Shown piece by piece: positions 1-14,665 of a stretch of 64,000 bases of DNA. This stretch comes from the human T2T-CHM13v2.0 reference genome, Homo sapiens. Under the pieces are notes generated by a model. It searched no databases, was not told where the DNA came from, and worked only from the letters and a program-made list of their open reading frames with translations. A program made the position numbers and the translations under genes. The stretch lies in assembly GCF_009914755.1 (NCBI RefSeq), contig NC_060927.1. One strand, given 5' to 3'. Each line of letters begins with the position of its first letter. Positions within the stretch are counted from its first letter, which is position 1.

Positions 1-752
1 TCTACAGTGATGCAGGGTAGGAGATGGAGTTTATGATTTGTGCTGACAGAGCCACATCATATTTTAGGGAGATGACATTGCTATTGATGGTTCCTTCTAA
101 TCTATTCCCAGTAACATGCTCATCTGTATGTTTTCCCCAGGCACCAGAAGAACAATCTCAGATCCTTAAAACAGTATGTCATTCCTTTCCACACATCTCA
201 TATGCACATATATTATTATTATTTAACGTTTATTAAGTACCAACAGTATGCTAGGCACAATAGACATAGGGGGCCATAAAAACATATTTAACGCATCAAA
301 AACCACAATAAAAGGATGCTGTGTATGTGACAGAAGACGATAAAAATCTCTGCAATTCATAGTTCAAGATGAAATGCACCCCAAGTCCCAGAGAAGCCTT
401 GGAACAGTGTGGCACATCAAAAAAGGTATTGGAATTTTTATTCAGCCAGCGTAAGGAAGGTTATGCATACCTTACAATTAAACATGGCCTTCCTCAACCT
501 TCCCAACATTCTGCAACAATGAATTCTCTAATGGTAAGCCACTAATTACTTAATTTATCTAGTTAAACTTCAGCACTCTACCTCATTCTCAATCATAATA
601 GCATATACTCTGTACCAAGCACTATGGTAGTCATTTAAAATGTATTTCTCTGTATGAGAGTGGGGTTGAAACTTGGAAAGGTTCAGTGATGCATCCAAGG
701 TCCATGATCAGGATTTCATTTTATTGTCTGTTTTCCAGGATTTCACTTCCTG

Positions 753-756
<4 letters not shown>

Positions 757-816
<60 letters not shown>
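757..816. repeat. Compound microsatellite (AC)21(AG)9
   Basis: Read directly: uninterrupted AC run 757-798 followed by AG run 799-816. Confidence 0.97.
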
Positions 817-975
817 TTAAGAGTGATAAATGCCATTCACAAGTTTGGGGATTTGGAGTTAATATAATATCAAATAACCAATTTAGACATTGTGTAGACA
901 TAGCACTGGCCGGGCCAAGATAGATATATGCTAGGGGTCTCAACTTCTTCACTTGCTAACGCTACTTTAGACATG

Positions 976-1227
976 GTTTAGTGTAGGGTAAAGAGCATGG
1001 AACCAAGTTTTCTGAGTCTGAATCCTGGTTTTGCCACTTCTAAGCTGAGTGACTATAAGCAAGTGAATTGACATCTCTGTACCTCTGTTTCCTCACATGT
1101 TAAAAAGATATGAGGAAAATAATAGTAACTTATTTCACAGAGTTATTGTGAGGATGAAATGAGTTAACGTATAAAGAAAACTTAGTACAGTGCCCAGCAC
1201 ATAGTAAGTGCTTAAAAAGCTGTTATG
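976..1227 (+). mobile_element. MIR SINE, near full length
   Basis: Matches MIR core: gaatcctggttttgccactt...ctctgtacctctgtttcctcacatgt...gttattgtgaggatgaaatgagttaa...agtgcccagcacatagtaagtgct. Confidence 0.9.
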
Positions 1228-4184
1228 TCATCAGAGTCCTGGCATTGAGAAGCAGATAATATGTTTTGAGTAAAAGACATTGTTGCTGATGCTTATCAGT
1301 AAACCCTGTGCTGCAAGCTGCTTTATAATTAATAAAAATGAGTTTACACTAGCCATCTAACTCTCTTCATTCCAAACTTTCATGAACCTAAGTGAATCTA
1401 CAAGACAGCTGGCTAAAACCCCGAAAAGTTGCCTTTTTTTTTTTTTCTCCAAAACTGCTGTAAACACTAAAAAGTTGGCTTTTCTATGGTCGCCTTTACT
1501 GAACACCAGATGGATGGTTAGAAGGTAAAGAAAAGACCAGACTCATAGTGTTAGGCCCCATGGAGGTGTTAAATGAATGAATGAATGAATGATCCGACAG
1601 TGCCTAGAAGCTCAAATAATTCAACAAGGCTTCAAATTTGGATTCAGAATCTTCTTTGAAATTGGGCAACTCTCAGCCACAGCCAGACTAATTTGCATAT
1701 TTTCCATGTATTTTCCACTTCCTCCCTATTTCATTGTACATCTTCTGGAAATTTCTCTACTTGTTATTTCTACAGAGGACCTGGAGGAGATGGGAGAGGT
1801 AAACTTCAAGTCAGTTAACGGAGCTCATTGTTCTCTAACCAAGTGATAGCCTTAGTTGGAGAAAAAGTCAAAGCTAATCACTAAATTCAGATTTTTGGAT
1901 TATCAGTCAACATGAATTGACCATGCATTCCTTAGACAAATTAGGATTAGTAAGCAAAGTAGGAAAACAATCAGAGTTGATGCTTCGTACTAAGAAAAAA
2001 AAAAGACGTTGTTTTCTAATATGGTACTTATTGTCATAAATATCAAGGGATTAGATAACTAACTGCTATAAATTAAGGGTAGTCTAAATTATAAGCCCTG
2101 TTCATTAACAAGTATAAAATAATTGCTTTAGACAACTTAAAAGATGTGTGATATGGACTTGAAATCACAAAATGGAAGTTTTTAAAATTATTCTGTGGTC
2201 ACTATTTCCTTTAAGCTCAGTTACTCAGTGGGAATTAAAAACCTGCCAGGACTTCTTCAGTGATACAACTCACGATGCTTTTTTAAGGGAAATTACTATG
2301 GAGCATAAATTTTTTTTTAGAGTTTCACACCTTTCCAAACCACTTTTTTCCTGAAGGATATTGCCTACTTTCTGTAGCTCTAAGCTTAAATGTGGTGCCA
2401 TTTAATTACATACAGACTAATAAAGCAAGACATATTTAAATGTAATTTTGTAGCTTGTACACATAAACTCAAGCCAGTGGATGATGAAATGCTGCTAAAA
2501 TTATCCTTATCCAGTAAAATTTATTGCAGTGATGAAAATCTTGACATCTATTCCAAAGTTCAAATTAAACTTTAGCGTAATAGAGTAGCCTAAGTTAAAC
2601 CAAAGTAAATAAGCAATTATTTATAGTAATTGCATGTGTGTGTGTGTGTTGCATGTATTTAACTTTTCAGAAGAAGTCAGTGAACCCACATTGTGGGGAC
2701 CGCTGAATTAATTACAAGCGTACACAAAAGGGTATACTCTTCAATGATCTCAGCATGTCACTTTGAATTTATCCATCTGCCTAATACCCACCTGTCTAGT
2801 TGCTCTTTCATTTAACCACATATTATGGCATCAATATTAACTTTCAGATTTGGGTAAGACCATTGCCATTTCCCAAGCTATTTGCCTCCTAATAAACACA
2901 GACTGAAGGGGAAGTGTTGAAAGCTAGGGCAATATTTTTCCCATAATGTTTGATACAAATCCCAGCTGCACAACATTGTATGTTAATAACCATTATTTAA
3001 TTAACAGATGAAGAAGCCCTTTTGAGCTGCTCTGGCAGATTTTGAACTTGATCTTCTATCATTTGATGTCATGCAAGACCAGATAAATGACAAGTCTTTC
3101 GAGAGTCTGCAGAGCCCCTTTAGAACAGCTGCACAGTCTTCCCCCTTCTTTGCAGCAGGTTTCTCACTTAAGAAAAAAACACGCTTCATTACATCGCCTC
3201 TTACTTGAGCTGCAAGGGTCTATTCAAGGAAGATAAGCCTCTTAGAAATGAAGTAGCGTTGAATTTAGGTTTTGAGTGACAGCAGGAAGATTTATCCATT
3301 CAACAGACAATACCGCTTTCTCTGCATTAATCTAGGAGGCGGACAATGATCTGTTTTTTAGGCCTCATCTCATCTCTTTCCCACAGCAGAAGGTGATTAG
3401 AGTTAGGAAACAGGGACTGTGAAAGAAAACTTGAGCGCTATCTCTCTAGCCCTCCTGTTTCCTGAAGGGGTAAGAGGGAGCCCCTAGGCCAAGGGCATCA
3501 ATCACAGATTCACAACAAGGATATGATGCTTTACCACTGGGAAACTGATAGGCCACAGGTATAAAGGGGTGAGCCCCAGAACCCAAAGGGTAAGGCATTA
3601 TAGTTAACCTCCCAAAAAGGGAAGAAAGCACAAAGTAGCTCTTCATAAGTGAAAGCCCTTGAATTCTTCCTAGCTGGGCCCAAATGAAAATGTCAGGATT
3701 CTCTTGGACTGAACATGATATTCTACCACCTATACACGGGTTAAGGTTCAGTGAAATCCCAACTAGCTGATCTGCCAACAGCAGCCTAAAGAGAGAGCAG
3801 GAGACACAAAAGAATGCCATGCAACATTTGAGTGAGATTTCCACAGCACAACCATTTCATCTCATTTATATCCATCTTCTGCACCTCAGGAGAGGATTTT
3901 CGTAGGAGCCCAATTATTAATTTGAAGTATCCCTCTCAGCCAAGCACTGAGCACAGAGCCCATTGTGAGCAACTCGTCACCTGCTAGGAATCTGCAAAGA
4001 TATTACCCTGAAGTCCAGCATGAGAATTCCATTTTACAGGAAATAGCTGGTACTATCCTTAGTGTGGGAGGCTTGCCACTTTATTAGTAGACTATTTGTC
4101 TATATTTTGAAGTGCAGAAATTGACGAATGGACTTTAGAGAGAATATGGTGGCGTCGAACAATGCTTTCAGTTTGGGGCATGCA

Positions 4185-4320
4185 ATTTTTTTAATTTCAA
4201 TAGGTTTTGGGGGAACAGATGACGTTTGGTTACATGAATACGTTCTTTAGTGATGATTTCTGAGATTTTGGTGGACCCATCACCCGAGCAGGGTACGCTG
4301 TACCCAATGTGTAGTGTTTG
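4185..4320 (-). mobile_element. L1PB-type LINE-1 3' end fragment
   Basis: ttttaatttcaataggttttgggggaacag...ttacatgaata..ttctttagtgatgatttctgagattttggt..acccatcacccgagcag..tacccaatgtgtag matches the antisense L1PB 3'UTR. Confidence 0.85.
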
Positions 4321-6199
4321 GGTACTGCTACTGCCACATCACAATATCCAGGATGCCTTTTATAGACTACTCACAGTCTTGATCCTTTTTCCTTTAGCTC
4401 ACTGTGGAGGTACATATCAAATATCTAAAACTAAATGAATAAAATAAAATATTCACCTCCAGTTACCCTCAAAGTATCCCTGCACCAAGACAATCAAAAT
4501 TGGGCCCAAAAAGGTTTAGAACTCAGATACTGGAAAACAAGTATGAGGCAACATGCTTTTGTGTGATATCTATTTTCCTGAAAAGGCAGCTCATGGAGGC
4601 TGGGAGAGACTCTCATTCAAGTGTGAGTAATTAATTAAGTTAGTAAGTAAGCAGAGAGAAAAGTCATAGACATTACCACAGAATTAAATCAAGTTGCCCC
4701 AAATGACTTGTAAATTTAAGAGCAGATTGTGTGTTCTCTAGAAATCAATATAGAGTCATCACATTTTGAGATTTCCTGTTGTTAAATTGTGTTTTGTTTT
4801 GTTTTGTTTTTGCAAAATGTCGTATTGACAACTAGAGGCTTCCTTGACATTTACCCCACGTGATACTGGAAATATCTGTTCATCAATCTTAAAGCCACTG
4901 TAACCAGCCAAATATTGTGGTGACAGGATGTAATCCATGTTTCAAGTCTCCTAGGAACCCAAATCCAACACCAACACCAACACCAGAATGTGGCTTGAAG
5001 AAGATTCTGAAGGAAAATAAGAAACCATCACTCAGACCTCTTTGGAAATCCCTTATAGCATCATAACACAGAGGCTATGCTCACATAGTGAACAGGTCTT
5101 CAGAAAAGCAGTAATGATTCAAAACAAAATGAAACAAGAAAAGGAGCACCGAATCTCTGATATTCCATATTGTCCAAATGAGTCCTGGGAAAGATGGTTT
5201 TCTTCTTATCTCTGATCTTCAGATTCCTTAATGTCCATCTTTATAGCACTATTATCGATAAGTTCTTCTTTACCTACTGCTTCCATAATCAAAAGTTGAC
5301 CTCCCAGGTGGCAAAAAAAAGCAGTTCCTCCACCATCAAACCCTACCTAATGGGCCTAATCAGCTCCTACCATGATAGTCTTTATTTTCTTCTTTCTTGC
5401 TTTCTGCCTTTTTTTTTCTTTTTTAATTACTGAAGACTCTTGTTTTGGAGAAACCCCTAATTGCTTCATTTTGAGATGTTATGTTTAACCTCAGGAAATG
5501 GTGCTATAAGACCTGGCAAACAGCTTTCTGGTTGTTTCAATCAGTACCAGATTATGAGGTCCAGCCGGGTAAGAACTCTATTCATTTTCTTGCCCTGTCA
5601 TCTTGATCTTATTTGAATGTCTGGGGAGCTGGAGGTGCTTAGCTGGCCCTGGATTTCAGGACTGGGGGTGGGAGTACCAGGGAGAGCTATGCGATGTGTT
5701 AGAGACACTGAAAGTTTTCATTTTGACTCCTTAATGAGAGCGACCTTTGACACAGGCTGATGAGTTCCATGCCTGTCCTGGTGTGCTTTTTGAAAACATT
5801 TGACACTGGTCACAGGTCTGACAGGGATATGACTAATGAAGTCGTGGTATAAAAATAATGGGCTGCAATTGCAAGTCATTTGCATGAAACCAAACTCCTT
5901 AAAAACTTGTCTCTGTTCACTTTCTGTTTTCTAAATGAGTCAATAATATGAATCAGATGGGTTGAAGGGAATAGACTCCCAAATATTCCTTCTATAAGTT
6001 TGGTAAATTAGTTGGCATTTGGTGCAATTTTTGTTGCCTTGAGGCCTGGTTTAAATTGGACTGTAGTTACTAAATTGCTAGGGCGATTGCAGAATGTGTA
6101 GGATAATGCATAATACCTTGTTTTTCTTAAGCGTTTCGTCAGAGAGCTTCTTGTGAGGTCAAGGGGCCCAGGCAGCGCTTTGCAGAAAATATCAAGCGA

Positions 6200-6470
6200 G
6201 AGTAGATGAAGAAGAAATATAAGGAGGTTGTGGGGGAGGGAGAAAGGAAAGGACTAAATAAAAGAAAGGAAAAAAAGAGAATAAATGTAGAAAGAAGAAA
6301 TAAAACAAATAAAAAAGAGGGCAACATGGATTGGGGTCCAAAAACACAAAAGGACAGGAACAGGAGGAAAAAGAGGGAGATGGGGAAAAACGGGAAAATG
6401 AACGCAGAGTGGTTAAAGAAAATGGGGAATAGAAGAAAATTTTTAAAGGGAGAACCCTAAAAGAAGAAGC
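6200..6470. repeat. A/G-rich low-complexity tract
   Basis: ~270 bp almost entirely purines on +; source of the spurious K/R/E-rich and F/S/L-rich ORFs. Confidence 0.8.
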
Positions 6471-7019
6471 TACCATGTTGACTTCAGTTTATCCTGTCAA
6501 ACTGTGTATTATTTATCCTCACACAGGTTAAGTATCCACTAAACAAAACTCTGGGCTAATAGCAGCTCACAGCTCACACACTAGGGCCAATCCTTCCCTT
6601 CCTTTGTCTCTGCACAACCCTGCCAAAGTTCCTGATGTTTCATCCTTTCACCTGTAGCTAAAAACACCTTCAGAGAAGGTTTTAGCAAAACTTCTGAAAT
6701 TACATTTGACCAGCTGCGTCAGGAAGCAGCAGCCAGGAGGAGGCACATTGTACAAGTTCCTTCCTAGAGCCTTCCTCCTGTGGGACTGACTATTCATGAT
6801 TTAAACACTTAGGGTTTTCTTTATGATTTGTCAGTTTCAGCACATCTATTTGGAACTTTGTTTTGCTTACTGGTATATACGACAAAACGAAATATCATGT
6901 GTTCCCAAACTTAAATAAAAAGAAATACAAATGATTTACAGATATACACACATAGAACAAATGAATAAAGGAAAGGTTACATGGCACAGAGGAAATTGTA
7001 CAAGAGGTTTGGAAATGAA

Positions 7020-7165
7020 CCAGCTCCAGTTGCTCTGTGACCTTGGGAAATTGTCTTAATCTCACTGAGCCTCAGTTTCTTCAATCACAAAATGAAGGAT
7101 TAAAAGATTGTTTTACAAAGTACTAGCAAAGTACCTGGCACACCATGAGTAGCTAAAATGAATGA
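7020..7165 (+). mobile_element. MIR fragment
   Basis: ctgtgaccttgggaaattgtcttaatctcactgagcctcagtttcttcaatcacaaaatg MIR core. Confidence 0.8.
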
Positions 7166-7606
7166 ATGAGCAGGCAGAGTAGTAATACTCTCTTTTGTGC
7201 CTGCCTTTCAAGGAAGTATTTCTCACCTACCATTCATACATAAAGAAATCAATAATAATTCTACTTATATCCCTCGATAACACTGAAAATCCAGGATAAA
7301 ACATGCATAGACTCCATAAACTAACCGCATTGCATCTGTTGGGGTTGTACATTCTACTCCCAAAAACCTGAAATCCAAACAACTAACAAAGTGAAACATG
7401 TTGTCCTCTCTCTCCCCCTCTATCTCTCGCTTTCCCTCCCTCTCTCTTTCTCTTCCTGTAGAACTGCCCATCACATTCCAAATCTCCACTTAAATGCTTG
7501 GATTAGTGCATGCCAACCCAAACTCCTATATTTACTACTTCTAAAAAAGCACAAACTAAGGATTAATGTTCATAATCATGACTTGATAATAGTTGAAGAT
7601 TGGTAA

Positions 7607-7864
7607 TTTTTTGTTTGTTTGTTTGTTTTTTGAGACAGAGTCTCACTGTGTCACCCAGATTGGATGCAAACAGAACTCACTACAGCCTCTACCTCCTGGA
7701 TCCAAGCATGCCACCACGTCTGGCTAATTTTTTTTTTTTTTTTTTTAAGAAACGAAGTCTCACTATGTTGCTCAGGCTGGTCTTGAACTCCCGGGTTTAA
7801 GCAATTCTCCTGCCTTGGCTTCCCAAAGTGCTGAGATTATAGGCATAAGCCACCGTGTCCAGCC
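7607..7864 (-). mobile_element. AluJ-type element with internal deletions
   Basis: T-rich tail, gagacagagtctcact..., ctcactacagcctc (J-like), middle T-run, cccaaagtgctgagattataggcataagccacc; ~40 bp missing from the right arm. Confidence 0.9.
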
Positions 7865-8243
7865 AGTAAATATTTTAAAATCAATTATTTGAGAAATATT
7901 TACCGTAGCTTAATTCTCAAAAATTGATCAATTGTGGTTACTTTCAGTTTGTCACAACTGGCCAAATCCTGGCCACTGCAAGCCCCAATTATTCTAAATA
8001 TGCATGCATTTACTCTATGAATTCCTGCTGAGAGAATATTATTTCAGTTATTTGTCTTAATGAGGCTCCTCAGTCCATAAGCAAGTTTTGTTATTGTTAC
8101 TGAAATAAAGACATAGAAGATATTCTCATTCTAGGAACCAAAGCTAACATTAAAAGACAGTAATAGACATTAGAACAAATTTTTTTAAATTAAAGAGTTG
8201 TTTTTTTAAGAAACAAAATGAAGTTTAATAAAGACAGAAGAAA

Positions 8244-8640
<397 letters not shown>

Positions 8641-9654
8641 CTACTGGTAAACTACTGTGTATTTCTAAAGAAAGTGGGACTTAACAAGTGAGTATGACAT
8701 TTGGCAGCTGAGAAATCATCCTTTCTCTGTAATCAATAATGCTAAAGACTATATATAAAGTGGTCCACGCTGCCCAGCACTGTATTCACATTTTAAAGAA
8801 TGAAGACACTGAAAATGAGCAGTACCAAAAAGTACTAAGAGGATGAAAACTAGATCCTAAAAGGAAAAGACAATATAAATTCTAGTTATTTCACTAGAAG
8901 TGTTCAAGAATCAAGTGCGAAAGGATCTTACGAGAATGATGCTGACTAGTTGTCTTTCATTTCCACAGATTATCAAGCAAGATGAAATGGGAAAATGGAT
9001 AGAACATAAAGAAAATCTTCTTGACAGTAATAAATATAAGAACATTTTTAAATATTGGACAAGATGACCAATAGAGGTTATGGATTAGAGGTCTTAGAAA
9101 TCTTTTTAAAATAGGAGCAATGACCATCTGTCTTAAATGGTTTGTGTCTTTACCTGCCTGGAGGCCAAACACTGAATCATTACCAAATGTATGGTTCTAT
9201 TATCCCAGAGATTGATGTCATTACCTCTGAAGTTTAATGCAGGGGAATGGGACAGGCAATTGAATAGTGCTGAATCGAAGATTTAAGGATTGAAGAGATG
9301 ATGATACAATATAAGTGTAGCATTTAATTTCTCTAAAACTCCAGAGAAAATAATTCTATAAAAATAAAAGTTTGTGGAAGTTCTATTTTGTATTTTAATT
9401 ATGTGTGTATTTGGCTCATTTCCTTTATTAAACCATAAGCTTCTTGAAGGCAAGAGATGTATATTTCTCCTCATTTCGCCTCTACCTCACCAACCCACCC
9501 AAAGTCCCTAACACCAGGGCCAAGAACCAGGTATTATTACCAGGTCTATAGACACCTATAAGGTTATACCTGTCCATGCCCTGTCAGACTGGTTTGCTGC
9601 CTGGACCGCAGAGGTTGTTAACTATTTTAAATATTCCTACCCATCCCTTCTTAA

Positions 9655-9782
9655 AAGCTGCATCTTCATGAGGGTAGGGAGTTTTATCTGCTTTGTTCAC
9701 TAATAGCACCTGTAACAGTTTCTGGTATATAGTCAACACTTAATAAATACTGGTTGAATGAGTGAATGAATAAATGAATGAT
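9655..9782 (+). mobile_element. L2 LINE 3' end
   Basis: catgagggtaggga...ctttgttcact...ctggtatatagt..cacttaataaatactggttgaatgagtgaatgaa, typical L2 tail. Confidence 0.8.
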
Positions 9783-10911
9783 TGCCATTCAATACACTTC
9801 TTGAGGGCTATTTAGGAATAACAAGTTTTTTAAATCTCCCAAACAGAAAAAAATGTTAAGAACATTCTTAGCAGGTGGTTCTGTATCCTGGGAGGCAAAT
9901 CCATATTAATTCTAACATTTTTGTCTTCCTTCTCCCTATCATATTCCTATGCAAGACTCTACAACCACAAAATTGCACCCTGTATTTCAAAACAGAGAAA
10001 ACATTTAAGATCAACAGTCTTATGCAGAATAATTAACTCAATTTCTATTTTTTATATTTTCATTTCAAAACTTCAAATAGTTGTCTAATCAATAAGTGGT
10101 TTTAAATCTACATTTTCCTATCCATTTCTTTGCAAGTAAAGTAGGAATGAGAATACTTGCTCCCATAGGGGAAACACATAAAAACCATAGAAGGTTATGA
10201 ATATACTATTTAGTTTAAATTTTTTTACATTATAAACCACACTCTGCATTCAAATTTCCATCTTTACTTTTCCCATACCTTTATATTTTAAGCATCTAAA
10301 GCCAACAACTGTAATAGTTTGCTGTCTAGTTAGCATAATTTCTTTATTGCCTTGGGCATAGATTTGCAATGTAATATAAATAACAATACTATTTTGCATG
10401 GCTATTGTACCTCTGGAAACCCTTTACCAACATTAATTTTCACAACCGTCCTTAAGGAATAGGTGATCACTGATATTAAGGCTCAGGCTAATGAAATTTG
10501 GCTTAAAGAATAATATATTCGCAAAAAAGTTTTAATTTACCATTTGTCAGTTTAGTGTTATATGGGTATGTATTTGTGTTTCACTAGATCCCAAAGAAAG
10601 CATTTGCCTTTGTAACATCCCCTAGGAATATATAATTTCAATTTAGATTCTTCACTTACCCAGACAGGAGACTGAATTCTGTTTGTTTGTTTTAATAGAT
10701 CTCTATGTCTACCTTACACCAAAGCTCAGTCTGACCAGATACACAAGTGAAATTATTCAGTTTGGTCAGTTCTTAAAGCATAACCATCTGGTAATGTTCT
10801 CTGCGCAGCAGCTTTTAGAAATAGCTTTCCACTTACTAGGTATCAGCAGTTAGTGCTGGCATATCTGTAGTAATCGTAGAAGAAGTAATCATAGTACTGG
10901 TAATATTAAGT

Positions 10912-11112
10912 CACATTTATTGAGGACTATGTGCCAGTTCCTGTTCTAAGCACCTTACATGTACTAACTCATTTAACTTTCATAATAACCTAATAACAGC
11001 AGTGCAGTTATTATCCCCACCTTTCCAGATGCGGGAACTTGGACAACAAAAAGAGGTTAAATAATTGCCCAAAGATGTATACCTAATAAAAGGTGGGGTC
11101 AGCATTCCAACC
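10912..11112 (-). mobile_element. MIR SINE
   Basis: catttattgaggactatgtgccag..ctgttctaagcaccttacatgtactaactcatttaa...ttattatccccacctttccagatg..gaaact..gaggttaaataattgcccaa. Confidence 0.88.
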
Positions 11113-11384
11113 AATATTTATTGAGCATCTAATTTTTTTGCCAGACACTTCACAATGCTTTCACTGCCCAATATTTCCTGTAATACAGAAATGATCATAC
11201 TGTATTTTGATTCAGCAACATTTATCAAAAAGCCTGGAGCTGTCACCAAATATTTCTGATAATCACATCTCTTTCCTAAAACAATGAGTTTTAAGAGAAC
11301 AGTAACATTTTTTGCCATTGGCACATATGGCATGGTTTCTGTCAAAGGGACTGTGGCTCTTTATCACATGTAAACCCACACGCC

Positions 11385-11385
<1 letters not shown>

Positions 11386-11434
<49 letters not shown>
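11386..11434. repeat. (CA)24 microsatellite
   Basis: Read directly. Confidence 0.97.
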
Positions 11435-11436
<2 letters not shown>

Positions 11437-13439
11437 AACAATCACCTGTTGAATGGGCCAACTCAAACAACTGGTCAGTGAAAGCTGGGGAAATCAGTCA
11501 AACCAGTTATTTGACACCTTGTAGAAAAAAAAGGGAGGGGAGATGCAAATATTGTTGGATCTAATTTTTTACGTTTTAATATCCTGTACCGGAACCATGC
11601 AAAGTAATGCTAGAACCTATAAAATATTTAGGAGGAACCTGGTAAGGACAAAAGATAGTTTCCAATGCTACTCTAAAGGTGTATTGATTTAACTGCAAAC
11701 AGTTACATTGTACACTGTCATAGCCTAATGCTTCATGGAACAAAGAGTTTCCAGTTGCGTCTCCATGTCTTTTATCTTTTAAAATGCACTTTTCTATTTG
11801 TTTACAAAGTTCTATTATTCACCTGCCAGGAAAAAAAAAATACCAAATTTAAATGAATCCCTTTATCCAAAATTAAATCCTGGCCTTAAGGATCAGATCC
11901 AGAATTAGCCAGAAATATGCATAAACTCCATACAGTTCCAAATTAATTTGTTAATTTAATTACCATAATAATTAAAATTGTTTACCATATTGTCATCAGA
12001 AACCAGAAGAAAATTATAAGTAAACAGAATCTTTATTATTTGTATTAAGCAAAATAAAATTACATAAAGAGAGACCTGGATATGTAGAGTATCTTTCATC
12101 TTCAAAGTAGTTTCTATATCTTCTGTATAATATTACAGTATTCAATGTAAGCACTCATTTTATCAAACAACAGAGTAAATAACAAAATAAGAACATAAAG
12201 TGACTTGCTGGCTATAGATGATGACTTCCCCAAGGCTGCCGTGACTTATATACCTTTCTTTGGCAACTCCTTTTGGAATTCTTTTTTATTTTGCCATAGA
12301 GATTTTTGTGGGTGACTTTTATTTTGTTTTGTTTTGATACTTTCATGAGCTACAATATTATGTGGTTCTCCCCTTCTACAATTCGTCCCATTAAAAGTTC
12401 TGTCATCCTGTTAGACATATAAGTGACATGGTGGCCAGAATTCAGGGGTGAAGGGAACTGAATTTTGAAACCACACAATTTATGTGGAAATAAAGTACAT
12501 TCCTCATTTGTTTCTGCGTCAGACATATGGGAAGACTGTGTATAATAGGTTGTTTCATTTGTGTGATGGAGAGATTTTTTTTTAAGCCTTCTGAAGAAAA
12601 AAGTCATACTGATGTCTACGTTCATCTATGCTTCTTTTCCCGTGTTTTAATGTGGAAACATTTTAGAACTCACAGTTTCCACACTTCGTACGTTTTCCAC
12701 AGTTAATTAATCCTGCTTTCCCTCATGACAAATGACCCTATCTCATAAAAGGACACATTGGCAAGCAAGGATTTAACTCAAAGAAGCTGTTCTTTGATAT
12801 ATATGTATGAATTGGGTTTTTTTTTAATTTAAAAGCACTGGACTCTCAGAATATGAAAATGTACTACATCTCCTACGGAAAAGTAAATTTGGAAATCTTT
12901 TAGGTAAATGAAATACATAGGGTTTTTTTCTTGTCTTCAAGAACCACCATGTCCAATTAGAGGGCTGGGAAGTATGACTATTCCATATCTATATTTTTAA
13001 GTCTACCATACCTTGTGCTCTCAACTCAGAAAATTCAGAAAGTAAACCCTACTCAAATGGCTGTGTGGTAGCTTCTGAAAATTCCCAATGCAAATGGCCC
13101 TCTTTTTTCCCTCCCAACTCTCCAAGTCTTAGGGAAAGAAATAAACTCCGAATTATTAACCTGTTGCTAATTTTCCCTATTACTCAATATTAAATGAAGA
13201 TGGAGAAGAAGGCCCCAGGATATTAACCTAGGCTGTCCGCTTCCCACAGAGACACAAGGCTTTGCAGCATAAGAGCTAGAAGGGTGAATGACACCACTAT
13301 TCTTATCTCTAAGAAGTAACTGAAAATTTCATAGATTGACAATAGGCCAAATTCGGCCATCCCATATCCCTACGCCTCTCTAGAGACCAGGAAGGCACCA
13401 TGTTAGAGTAGATTCTACTTTAAACTTTATAGGTAACTG

Positions 13440-13552
13440 CAGGTCCTAGGAAGTCCATGCCACCTCTCAGGGCCTCTGTTTCCTCATTTGTAAAATGATG
13501 TGGATGGAAAAAACATTCTCTAATGACCCCTCAGCTCTGGCATTTTATGATT
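13440..13552 (+). mobile_element. MIR/MIR3 fragment
   Basis: cctctcagggcctctgtttcctcatttgtaaaatg...ctctaatgacccctcagctctggcattttatgatt. Confidence 0.75.
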
Positions 13553-14544
13553 TTCTCTTATGCCATGTAATATGGCATGCTATTCCCCACTGTCTCCCCT
13601 CCCCAACCCCCACTGATTTATTGCTGAACAGCTAGTCCATACAGCAAGCTCTGGGCTTAACCTGGCCTCACTTGCATTAGTAGAAGCAAGTTATTTCTCA
13701 TCTTCATCGCCACACTGCAATTCCGACTCACATAGAAAAATCTATCTATCTGCCTACAAACCTATACATCCATCTACCTACTTTTAACAAATCTGTGTTC
13801 AAATCACATGCAATTTCTGAAGAAAAATTAGTGTTTCTAAGGCTGATTCCCTTGGAATCACTGCAACAATTTTGTCACAAAAGACACCAATTGAGCCAAC
13901 TTGCAAGACCCTTTAAAATTCAGGCATTCTGTCTTCACTTTCCCTTTTATTCAGCACTACCCTTTCTTGGCATCTTTGGACTCAGAACTATGAATCTCCA
14001 CATGCCTTCCATTTTGTTCCACATCTGGACAAGAGGCAGGAAAACAACAGATCATCAACAAGTTCAGGTGGAGTTTGTTTTTGTTTTGGATTTCTATAAA
14101 CAAGAAGGGAAAACAAACTCTAAGTAAGCATTAGTTTTTACCAATTTATTTTTCTAACATGCTACATCTCTGGGGGAAAATATCTACTGATTTGATGAAT
14201 AAGTATGAAGTTGGGAAGCCTGCTCTTATAGGCATGAGGTAAATACCAAGATGAATAAGATGACTAAGGAAGCTAAAATAGGTATAATAGCAACAATAGC
14301 AACAGCAAGAGATATTTTGGGTTATTTGCTCTACCTTAGAATCAGAGTGCCCACACCGATACATGAGCATACCTGGCAAAATCTGCTCCCACAGAGGAAT
14401 GGCCAGTGCAGAATGTTCTTCTCTAAATGGTTGTCAGAGGCCAATTTGTTAAGACTAGAAATGGAGAACCAGAATAAGAATAAAATCCTTTTCTCGAAAA
14501 TTCAGGCCTGTCACATAGGTACAAAGGAGGATGTATTTTTAAAA

Positions 14545-14665
14545 TCTCTGTTGTATGTCAGGCACCATGCTAGGTACTTCTATATGCATATTTCATTTAA
14601 CCTTCTCAACAAATCAACAGTGTGATTCTCACTTTTTCCCCATTACATAATGAAAACCTTGGGAT
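14545..14665 (-). mobile_element. MIR fragment
   Basis: tatgtcaggcaccatgctaggtactt..atatgcatatttcatttaaccttctcaacaa...cccattacataatgaaaacc. Confidence 0.75.

Noticed and set aside
673-952. ORFs with THTHTH / CVCVCV (also at 11263, 57991, 58097)
   Set aside because: Translations of (CA)n microsatellites
3198-3225. Second minus-strand 5-nt microexon-like pattern (ccttgcag|ctcaa|gtaaga)
   Set aside because: Poor pyrimidine tract and weaker donor; shows the background rate of such patterns
6139-6476. Overlapping K/R-rich and F/L/S-rich ORFs
   Set aside because: Produced by a purine-rich low-complexity tract that lacks stop codons
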